Source of the DNA: Rhodanobacteraceae bacterium
GTDB taxonomy: Bacteria > Pseudomonadota > Gammaproteobacteria > Xanthomonadales > Rhodanobacteraceae
DNA length: 34,573 nt
Assembly: GCA_035701405.1 (NCBI GenBank)
Contig: DASSNH010000139.1
Coordinates: 1-34,573 of the forward strand
Direction: 5' to 3'
The position numbers were made by a program, and so were the translations under genes. Shown one piece after another: positions 27,601-34,573 of this stretch (the stretch's first letter is position 1; each line of letters starts with the position of its first letter). The notes under the pieces are model-generated. The model made no database searches. It worked only from the letters and a program-made list of their open reading frames with translations, and had not been told where the DNA came from.

Positions 27601-29895
27601 TCATGACCGCTTGCGGCGTCCGTTGCCGCGAGCCAACGTGCCCGCCGCCTCCACGATGTCGGCCTCGCCAGGAAGGACCAGCAGGGCCGCGCCGGCGAGC
27701 GGGGTGTAGGTATCGGCGCCCACCACGCGCGCGATCGGCTTGTCGCCGAGCCCCGCCTCGACCAACGCGGTGATGATCCCCTCGCCCACGCCTGCGCTCC
27801 GGCGGCCCTCGTCAACCACCAGGACGCGCTTTGCCGCCGTCGCCTGCTCGACGATGAAGGCCTCGTTCAACGGCACCAGCCAGCGCAGGTCGACGATTCG
27901 CACGTTCCACTTGCGCTTCTTCTCGATCTCGCGCGCGGCGCGCAGGCTCATCGGGACCCCGTTTCCGTACGTGAAGACCACGAGGTCTTCGGCACCCTCG
28001 TTGTACACGCGGCCCCCGCCCAGCGGCATCGCCTGGCCCGGCGCGGGGTACTCGAACTGCCATTGCCCGTCGCCGGACTCGTGCAGGTCCTTGGTCATGT
28101 ACAACGCGATCGGCTCGAGGAACACGCACACGCGTCCGTCGACCTTGCACAGCGCCGCGAGCGTCCGCAGCATCGTCGCGGCATCGTCGCCGCGCGAAGG
28201 GCAGCCCACCACGATGCCGGGGATGTCGCGCAGTGCCGCGATCGAATTGTCGTTGTGGAAATGCCCGCCGAACCCCTTCTGGTAGCCGAGGGAGGCGATC
28301 CGGACCAGCAGCGGGTTGCGGTATTGGTCGTTCGAGAAAAACTGCAGGGACGCCGCTTCGCCGCGGATCTGGTCGCAGGCGTTGTGGAAATAGGCGAGGT
28401 ACTGGATCTCGGGGATGGGCAGCATGCCCATGTTGGCGTAGCCCTGCGCGAGTCCGAGGATGGTCGTCTCGTCCAGCAGCGTGTTGAACACCCGCGCGCC
28501 CTTGAACGCCTTGTAGAGCCCGCGGGTCAGCGTGTACACGCCGCCCTTCTGCGCGACATCCTCGCCGAATACCAGCGACTCGCGGTACTTGGCGAGCAGG
28601 TCGTGCAGCGCGGCGTTGATCTGGAGCGCGAGGTGCCGTGGCGGCTGGACTTCCGGCAGCTTGTCCTTGCCTCCGAAAATGGCGGCGCGCCTGTCGCTGT
28701 AATCCGCGCGCGCGGCTTCCGCCGCAACGGCGTCCGGCGTATACGGCGCCAGCGGCCTGACCACGGCTTCGAGCGATTCGAGTTTCGGGCGACCGTAGGC
28801 CGCCTCGGCCGCCGCGAAGCAGCGCTTGCGAATCGCCTCGTATTCGTCCAGCAGCGCTTGCTGCGTGTACAAACCGGATTCCAGCGCGATCGATGCCGAA
28901 CGCAGCAGCGGAGCGGTGGCTTCCAGCGCCATCAGTTCCTCGAAGCTGCGCCACTCGATCTCGAAGTCGGTGCCGGCGTGGCCTGCGAGCCGCGTGGTCC
29001 TGAGGTGCAGGAAGGTCGGGCGGCGCGTGCCGCGGCAATGCTCCACCGCGCGTTGCACCTCGGCATGGCCTTCCGCGAGATCGAGGCCGTCGGCGAAGAA
29101 ATAATCGAGATCCTTGCGATCGCGGAAATTGTTCGCGACCCAGCCACTGGGCGTCTTCACCGAAATGCCGATGCCGTTGTCCTCGCATACGAACAGCACC
29201 GGCGCGGGCAACCGCTGGTAGGCGGTGTAGGCCGCCGCATTGAACGCTACCTGCGCGGTGGCGTGGTTGCTCGAGGCGTCGCCGAACGAGCAGATCACGA
29301 TCGAATCCTTCGGCACCGGCAGTTCGTGCCCCATGCGCGGTGCCTGCTCGATCGCGACCGCGGTGCCGAACGCCTTCGGGAGGTGCGAGGCGATGGTGGA
29401 CGTCTGCGGCAGCACCCACAACGCCTTCGAACCCCAGACCTTGTGGCGGCCGCCGGACGCCGGGTCTTCGCTGCTGGCTGCGAAGCTGAGCGCAGAGTCG
29501 ACCACCGGGTCGACGTCCGGCACTTTCCGGGACCGCTCGGCCATGAACGCGCCGGATCGGTAGTGCAGGAACGCGGGATCGGTATGCCGGGTCAGCCGCG
29601 CGACCATCGCGTTGCCCTCGTGCCCGCTCGACCCGATCGTGTAGAAGACCTTGTTCTGCACGCGCAGCACGCGTGCCATCAAATCCAAATGCCGCGAAAT
29701 CAATTGCGATTCGAACAGCTCGCGAAAATCGCGTGCGGTGCAGGTGCTGCCCGGCAACACCGGCGCATCGTCGCGCGGCGCCGGCAAGGCGCGGCCATGC
29801 CACGCGTGCACGTATTCCGAAAAATTCTGGTCGACGATTTCCGCGCGATTGAAGCCCTTGTGGCGGGCCGGGACGGGAGTCTTGATGGCGTTCAT
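27601..29895 (-). CDS. TPP-dependent 2-oxoacid dehydrogenase E1 component, fused alpha-beta subunits
   Basis: Start at ATG 29895 (MNAIKTPVPARHKG), which overlaps the GNAT stop as ATGA. Alpha part: TPP motif FGDASSNH...VLFVCEDNGIGIS. Beta (transketolase Pyr) part: VFGEDVAQKGGVY, VFNTLLDETTILG, PEIQYLAY. No E2 or E3 gene is adjacent. The ORF-track extension to 30225 is rejected. Confidence 0.85.
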   Translation of the reverse strand: MNAIKTPVPARHKGFNRAEIVDQNFSEYVHAWHGRALPAPRDDAPVLPGSTCTARDFRELFESQLISRHLDLMARVLRVQNKVFYTIGSSGHEGNAMVARLTRHTDPAFLHYRSGAFMAERSRKVPDVDPVVDSALSFAASSEDPASGGRHKVWGSKALWVLPQTSTIASHLPKAFGTAVAIEQAPRMGHELPVPKDSIVICSFGDASSNHATAQVAFNAAAYTAYQRLPAPVLFVCEDNGIGISVKTPSGWVANNFRDRKDLDYFFADGLDLAEGHAEVQRAVEHCRGTRRPTFLHLRTTRLAGHAGTDFEIEWRSFEELMALEATAPLLRSASIALESGLYTQQALLDEYEAIRKRCFAAAEAAYGRPKLESLEAVVRPLAPYTPDAVAAEAARADYSDRRAAIFGGKDKLPEVQPPRHLALQINAALHDLLAKYRESLVFGEDVAQKGGVYTLTRGLYKAFKGARVFNTLLDETTILGLAQGYANMGMLPIPEIQYLAYFHNACDQIRGEAASLQFFSNDQYRNPLLVRIASLGYQKGFGGHFHNDNSIAALRDIPGIVVGCPSRGDDAATMLRTLAALCKVDGRVCVFLEPIALYMTKDLHESGDGQWQFEYPAPGQAMPLGGGRVYNEGAEDLVVFTYGNGVPMSLRAAREIEKKRKWNVRIVDLRWLVPLNEAFIVEQATAAKRVLVVDEGRRSAGVGEGIITALVEAGLGDKPIARVVGADTYTPLAGAALLVLPGEADIVEAAGTLARGNGRRKRS

Positions 29896-30473
29896 GTGGT
29901 TGTGGCAGTTGAGGTGCGTCGCGCCAGCCATTGCTCGCGCGTCTGTCCCCAGATGTCGATGGGGTCTGCGCCGTACGGCGCCGGCAGCGTGCCCTGCCCG
30001 CGCTTCACCGAACCCAGTCGTCGCGCGACCGCCTGCGACGGGAGGTTGTCGGGCGCGATGCAGTGGATGATCTCGCTCCAACCCAGGTGCGCGAACGCCC
30101 AGTCGGTCGCGGCGATGGCGGCCTCGGTCGCGTAACCGTTGCCCCATGCTTCGCGGGCAAGCGTCCAGCCGATCTCGGTGCCCGGCCAGCCTTCTGGACG
30201 CAGTGGCCCGACGCGACCGACCCATTGTCGATCCGCCTTGCGCATGACCGAGAAAGCGCCGAACCCGAGCACGTGCCAGGAGCCGATCGCGGACAGCAAC
30301 CGGTTCCAGGATTCAAAGCGCGTTTGCACGCCGCCTATGTGGCGCGTCGCCTGCTCGTCGCCCCCCAGCGCAGCCCAAGCCTCGAAATCTTCACGGCAGG
30401 GGACCCGCAGGATCAGCCGCGCCGTTTCCAGCGTGGGGGCCAGCGGGGGCATCGCACCGGGCATTCGTGTCAT
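29892..30473 (-). CDS. GNAT-family N-acetyltransferase (RimJ/RimL, Acetyltransf_3-like)
   Basis: TARLILRVPCREDFEAW, GTEIGWTLAREAWGNGYATEAA, and SQAVARRLG. The ATG at 30473 overlaps the upstream gene stop (ATGA); ATG 30464 and 30452 are alternatives. Confidence 0.8.
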   Translation of the reverse strand: MTRMPGAMPPLAPTLETARLILRVPCREDFEAWAALGGDEQATRHIGGVQTRFESWNRLLSAIGSWHVLGFGAFSVMRKADRQWVGRVGPLRPEGWPGTEIGWTLAREAWGNGYATEAAIAATDWAFAHLGWSEIIHCIAPDNLPSQAVARRLGSVKRGQGTLPAPYGADPIDIWGQTREQWLARRTSTATTT

Positions 30474-30901
30474 TTGGCCGGCGGATGGAAGGTGCACTCC
30501 GGCGCCGCCGTCGCGATGTCGGGAATGTTCGGGCTGTAGCAGGTGAATTGCACGTCCTTCTCGCCGCCCTTGGTGGTGCCGATGGCCGGCACCAGTTGCA
30601 GGATGCCGCCGGTGACGCCCGCCCTCGGCGTGAGGTACACGTTGATCACCCCGCCCTCGCTGACGATGATCGCGCGGATTTCTTCATCGACCAGCTTGTC
30701 GGGCGCGGCGACATGCGCTTGCTCGTTGCTCGACGGCGTGGTCCCGGCCAGCATCGTGTTGGCCACGCTCGCCTTGACCAGCGCCAGCCGCAACGAACTC
30801 AACGCGATGTGCACATGGTCCGCGTTGACCGCAGCCATGGCGCCGCCCGAGGCCAGCATTGCGCCGACTGCGAAACCTGCAAGCCACTTTTTGCTTTTCA
30901 T
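30470..30901 (-). CDS. Small Sec-secreted protein with a type IV pilin-like globular domain (no prepilin leader)
   Basis: 143 aa, the C-terminal part of ORF 30470..32248. AGGAG lies 8 nt before ATG 30901. Signal peptide MKSKKWLAGFAVGAMLASGGAMA|AV. The mature part has a helix-like SSLRLALVKASVANTML, then beta-rich segments, then a C-terminal Cys-X15-Cys loop (FTCYSPNIPDIATAAPECTF) like the pilin D-region. The pilin similarity is from memory, not a search. Confidence 0.65.
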   Translation of the reverse strand: MKSKKWLAGFAVGAMLASGGAMAAVNADHVHIALSSLRLALVKASVANTMLAGTTPSSNEQAHVAAPDKLVDEEIRAIIVSEGGVINVYLTPRAGVTGGILQLVPAIGTTKGGEKDVQFTCYSPNIPDIATAAPECTFHPPAK

Positions 30902-31044
30902 GTTCAAACTCCTGCCTCTCTGCCCAATTCGAAGCAGCTGTCGTGAAAAGTCAGGCCACGGATGGCCGTTCTGGTGTCCGATGAATCTGAAGGCATCCGG
31001 TTCATCATTCAGTGAAATGAAGGCGCGATCAGGGATGATCGCAA

Positions 31045-32217
31045 TCAAAATGCGTTGATGCGGGTGAGTTCGCGGCCGACCACGAGTTGGTGCACGGTCT
31101 GGGTGCCCTCGTAGGTCACGACCGATTCCAGGTTGAGGGCGTGGCGGATCGCGACGTGTTCGGTGGTGATGCCGGCGCCGCCCAGGATGTCGCGGCATTC
31201 GCGCGCCACGTCCAGCGCCATCCGCACGTTGTTCCACTTCGCCATCGAGACCTGCGTGGCATGCAGGCGGCCGGCATCCTTCAGGCGGCCCAGCCGCAGC
31301 GCCAGCAGTTGCGCGGTGGTGATGCGGCGCGCGATATCGGCGAGGCGCAACTGGATCGCCTGGTTCGCGGCCAGGGGGCGGCCGAACAACTGGCGCTCCT
31401 GCGTGTAGTCCAGCACCTCCTTGAGGCACGCCTGGGCGGCCCCGACCGGACCCCAGCTGATGCCGAAGCGTGCCGAGTCGAGGCAGCTCAAGGGACCGCG
31501 GAGGCCTTTCACATTGGGAAGCATCGCGCTGGCCGGCACGCGCACGTCGTCGAGGAACAGCGCGCTCGTCACCGACGCGCGCAGGCTCATTTTCTTGTGG
31601 ATTTCCTGCGCGGCGAAACCCCTGGTGTCCGTCGGCACCAGGAAGCCGCGGATGCCGTCTTCGGTTTTCGCCCACACCAGCGCGACGTGCGCGAGGTTGC
31701 CGTTGGTGATCCACATCTTGGAACCGTTGATCACCCAGTCGCCGCCATCCTGCTTCGCGACGGTCTTCATGTTGGCCGGGTCGGAACCGCCATGCGGCTC
31801 GGTCAACCCGAAGCAGCCGATCACCTCGCCCGCCGCCATCTTCGGCAGGTATTCCCGCTTCTGCTCCTCGCTGCCGAAGGCGAAGATCGGGTACATCACG
31901 AGCGACGACTGCACCGACGCGAAACTGCGCAGGCCCGAATCGCCGCGCTCCATTTCCTGGCAGATCAGCCCGTAGCTCACCTGGTTCATCCCCGCGCCAC
32001 CGTACTCTTCGGGAATCGTTGCGCCGAGCAGGCCGAGCGACGCGATTTCCGGGATCAATTCGGTCGGAAAGCGGGCCTGGTCGAAACAATCGCCGATGAT
32101 CGGCAGCACCTTGTCGTCGACGAAGCGGGCGACGGAGTCCTGCACCATCCGCTCCTCGTCGGAGAGCTCGGCACGAACGTCGTACAGGTCGAGGGGATTG
32201 AGCGGTGCGTGGGGCAT
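31045..32217 (-). CDS. gcdH: Glutaryl-CoA dehydrogenase
   Basis: LSDEERMVQDSVARF, ATIPEEYGGAG, ERGDSGLRSFASVQSSLVMYPI, GCFGLTEPHGGSDP and a C-terminal YEGT.(T/D).H.L..GR..TG are typical of GcdH. Confidence 0.92.
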   Translation of the reverse strand: MPHAPLNPLDLYDVRAELSDEERMVQDSVARFVDDKVLPIIGDCFDQARFPTELIPEIASLGLLGATIPEEYGGAGMNQVSYGLICQEMERGDSGLRSFASVQSSLVMYPIFAFGSEEQKREYLPKMAAGEVIGCFGLTEPHGGSDPANMKTVAKQDGGDWVINGSKMWITNGNLAHVALVWAKTEDGIRGFLVPTDTRGFAAQEIHKKMSLRASVTSALFLDDVRVPASAMLPNVKGLRGPLSCLDSARFGISWGPVGAAQACLKEVLDYTQERQLFGRPLAANQAIQLRLADIARRITTAQLLALRLGRLKDAGRLHATQVSMAKWNNVRMALDVARECRDILGGAGITTEHVAIRHALNLESVVTYEGTQTVHQLVVGRELTRINAF

Positions 32218-32344
32218 GTCGATTCCGGCGGGAGACGCAGCCGGTCATTCTAATGGGGACGGGGGACGGGTAGCGGGGGCGCTCGGTCCGCGCGATACCC
32301 GTTTCCGGAGACGGTGCTCCCTGTCCAGGCGGACCACGTTGATC

Positions 32345-33310
32345 TCACCGTCCGTTTTTCGCCCCCCCACTACCCATCTCCTGCGCCCGGCTGTTCGACA
32401 CCCCGTGCGGCACGTGGCCGGTCGCGACATGCCGTCGGGCCGACTCGACATTGATCGGCGAGTCGTCGAAGAACAGGTCCGCGCCGAAGGCCTCGAGGAA
32501 CGGTCCCTTGTCGCGCCCGCCGAGGAACAGCGCTTCGTCGATCCGGACGCCCCACTGCCGCAGGGTCAGGATCACGCGCTTGTGGGCAGGCGCCGAGCGC
32601 GCCGTGACCAGGGCGGTGCGGATCGGCGAATTCTCCGGGGGGAACGCCGCCTGCAGCCGGTGCAGGGCAGCGAGGAAGCCTCGGAACGGACCGCCCGGCA
32701 GCGGCTCGTCCCAGCGCTCGGATTCGTTGCGGTGGAAGGCATCGATGCCCTGCTCCTGCGACACGCGCTCGGAGTCGTCGCTGAAGATAACCGCGTCGCC
32801 GTCGAAGGCGATACGCAACTGCTCGGGATGGGCGTCGTGCATCTGCGAGGGCAGGATGGTCGCCGCCGCGACGCCGGAGTGCAGCGCGCGCGCGACGTTC
32901 TCCGCGTTCGCGGACAGGAACAGGTCCACGGCGAATGGCGCGATGTATTCGCTGGTGGCCTCGCCCGACGTGAACGCGGCGCGGGTGATCGCGAGTCCGT
33001 AATGCTGGATCGAATTGAAGATGCGCAATCCGGTGTCGCCCGAATTGCGTGACAGCAGTATCACCTCCACGTACGGGACGTCGGGCTCCGGTCGGTTCAG
33101 CGCCAGCAGTTTCTTGACCACCGGGAACGCCACGCCCGGCCCGAGCACGTCATTCTCGTGGGCGATCTGGTAGCCGCGATACGCCTCCAGTCCTTCCCGC
33201 TCGAACAGCGCATGCGATTCGGTGAGGTCGAACAGCGCGCGCGAGGAAATAGCGACGACCAGCTTGTTGTCGCGGGTTGCCTTCTCGTCGTGGGGCGGTG
33301 GAGTTGCCAC
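32345..33310 (-). CDS. 5-prime-nucleotidase (cN-IA-like, PF06189-type)
   Basis: LVVAISSRALFDL.ES..LFE..G...Y, VILLSRNS.DTGLRIFNSI.HYGL.I.RAAFT.G, FDGDAVIFSD.SE and LVTARSAPAHKRVI.TLR.WG...DEA.FLGG..K match the bacterial 5-prime-nucleotidase family as I remember it. Confidence 0.8.
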   Translation of the reverse strand: MATPPPHDEKATRDNKLVVAISSRALFDLTESHALFEREGLEAYRGYQIAHENDVLGPGVAFPVVKKLLALNRPEPDVPYVEVILLSRNSGDTGLRIFNSIQHYGLAITRAAFTSGEATSEYIAPFAVDLFLSANAENVARALHSGVAAATILPSQMHDAHPEQLRIAFDGDAVIFSDDSERVSQEQGIDAFHRNESERWDEPLPGGPFRGFLAALHRLQAAFPPENSPIRTALVTARSAPAHKRVILTLRQWGVRIDEALFLGGRDKGPFLEAFGADLFFDDSPINVESARRHVATGHVPHGVSNSRAQEMGSGGAKNGR

Positions 33311-33401
33311 ATCCGCAGTGTATCGCGCGATCGTGGCAGAGACGCTGACCCTTGCTCGCCGCCGGCGCGGCTATCGGCAGCGCGGTCCCGACAATTCCAG
33401 C

Positions 33402-34526
33402 CTACGCCCAGAGCGGCCTCGAGATTTCCACCAGCCCCCACGCCACGATAGCGCTGATCGGCAGGGTGAGGATCCAGGACCACACCATCCGCTCGACCAC
33501 CGTCCAGCGCACCGCATTGAAGCGCTTGGAGGCCCCGACGCCCATGATCGCCGACGACACCACGTGGGTCGTCGATACCGGCAGCCCGAATACCGACGCG
33601 GCGATGATGACGGCGGCAGCGCTGGTCTCCGCGGCAAAGCCGTTGATCGGGTGCAGCTTCACCATCTTGTGGCCGAGGGTCTTGATGATCCGCCAGCCAC
33701 CACCCGCGGTCCCGGCGGCCATCACCAGCGCGCACAGCACCTTTACCCACACCGGAATCGAAAACTGGCCACCCACGTCGGACACGCGCAGGAAGTGCAG
33801 CCACGACGGCAGGTGATCGAAGTTGTGCGCGGCGGTGGCGCTCGCGAGCGCCAGGGCGATGATGCCCATCGACTTCTGCGCATCGTTCAGCCCATGCGAT
33901 ATCCCCATCGCCGCCGCCGAGAACAGCTGCGCCTTGCCGAAGAAGAAATTCACGAACGGCGTGCGCCCGAGCCGGCGCAGGAATCCGGTGCGGTTGCAGA
34001 ACCACGCGAACAGCGCCAGCAGCAGTCCCATCACCACGATCCCCAGCACGAAGCCGCCGATCGGGGAAACCACCATCGGCACGATCACCTTGGGAAACAC
34101 CCCGTCGCCGCGCCACCAGGCCGAGGGATCGCTCGCCCAGATGATGGCGCGGATGTTGCCGCCGGAAGCCGCGAAGGCCGCGCCGCACAAGCCGCCGATC
34201 AGCGCGTGCGACGACGACGACGGCAGCCCCAGCCACCAGGTGATCAGGTTCCAGATCGTCGCCCCCAGCAGGGCGCAGATCAGCACCTCGGCGCCGACCT
34301 GCAATACCCCGGCGTCGATCAACCCCGATGCGATGGTGATCGCCACCGCCGAACCCAACAGCGCGCCCGCAAGGTTGGTGGTTGCCGCCAGCAGCACCGC
34401 CTGCCCTGGCGACAGCACCTTGGTCGCGACCACCGTCGCGATCGAATTGGCGGTGTCGTGGAAACCGTTGATGTAGGTGAACACCAACGCGATCACCACC
34501 ACGGCGATGAGGATGCCGAGAGTCAT
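33402..34526 (-). CDS. pitA: Inorganic phosphate transporter, PiT (PHO4) family
   Basis: INGFHDTANSIAT at the N-terminus, a second GxNDAQK signature (HGLNDAQKSMGII) and PVSTTHVVSSAIMGVGA. Multi-TM. Confidence 0.92.
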   Translation of the reverse strand: MTLGILIAVVVIALVFTYINGFHDTANSIATVVATKVLSPGQAVLLAATTNLAGALLGSAVAITIASGLIDAGVLQVGAEVLICALLGATIWNLITWWLGLPSSSSHALIGGLCGAAFAASGGNIRAIIWASDPSAWWRGDGVFPKVIVPMVVSPIGGFVLGIVVMGLLLALFAWFCNRTGFLRRLGRTPFVNFFFGKAQLFSAAAMGISHGLNDAQKSMGIIALALASATAAHNFDHLPSWLHFLRVSDVGGQFSIPVWVKVLCALVMAAGTAGGGWRIIKTLGHKMVKLHPINGFAAETSAAAVIIAASVFGLPVSTTHVVSSAIMGVGASKRFNAVRWTVVERMVWSWILTLPISAIVAWGLVEISRPLWA

Positions 34527-34573
34527 GTGGAAGCCGGAAGTCGGGAATCGGAAAGCGGGGATCGGGTTCGGGA

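Noticed and set aside
29896-30225. Upstream extension of the fused-E1 ORF to 874 aa
   Set aside because: The extension overlaps the GNAT gene in another frame. The conserved E1 sequence starts near MNAIKTP, and ATG 29895 forms an ATGA junction with the GNAT stop.
19479-32217. A lysine-catabolism cluster (ALDH7/AmaB-type dehydrogenase at 19479 and gcdH at 31045)
   Set aside because: The two genes are about 10 kb apart on opposite strands, separated by unrelated housekeeping genes (pyrD, murB, ybjQ, fsr). This gives no evidence of an operon or a dedicated locus.
30902-32248. 592-aa ORF 30470..32248 read as a single protein
   Set aside because: Its upstream 450 aa overlap gcdH in another frame and are low-complexity. 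Only the last 143 aa (from the SD-preceded ATG 30901) look like a real secreted protein.

Overview
High-GC bacterial chromosome; the REP-like repeats and gene content suggest a Xanthomonadales or similar Gammaproteobacterium, which is inference only. All calls come from reading the supplied ORF translations for family motifs and checking start/stop junctions by hand; no database search was possible. Nearly all long antisense or alternative-frame ORFs in the track are GC artefacts. (1) 62-9778 (+): one tightly coupled operon of eukaryote-type squalene synthase, squalene-hopene cyclase, hpnG and hpnA, then diphosphomevalonate decarboxylase, phosphomevalonate kinase, a class II HMG-CoA reductase fused in frame to mevalonate kinase, and type 1 IPP isomerase. 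This places a mevalonate pathway (lacking HMG-CoA synthase) inside a hopanoid cluster. (2) 9820-10902 (-): an acyltransferase_3 membrane protein. (3) 11184-15755 (+): hpnH, hpnB, a PlsC-type acyltransferase and a UPF0104/HpnL-like membrane protein, a second coupled hopanoid-tailoring operon. (4) 15768-19030 (-): a visibly less GC-rich segment with a PEP-CTERM-anchored beta-helix repeat protein (internal 60-nt tandem repeats, candidate sigma-54 promoter) and a GT-B glycosyltransferase, ending at tRNA-Arg(CCT). (5) 19479-27516: housekeeping and catabolic genes (ALDH7-type dehydrogenase, SDR, DUF4190, pyrD, murB, a small membrane protein, ybjQ, a BI-1/YccA-family protein, fsr), with REP-like palindromic repeats between them. 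(6) 27601-34526 (-): gcdH, then a translationally coupled trio (Sec-secreted pilin-like protein, GNAT acetyltransferase, fused E1 alpha/beta TPP dehydrogenase), a 5-prime-nucleotidase and a PiT phosphate transporter. The most interesting items are the hopanoid-mevalonate super-operon and the HMGR::MVK fusion, followed by the hpnB-acyltransferase-flippase-like module, the PEP-CTERM repeat protein and the pilin-like/GNAT/E1 trio.
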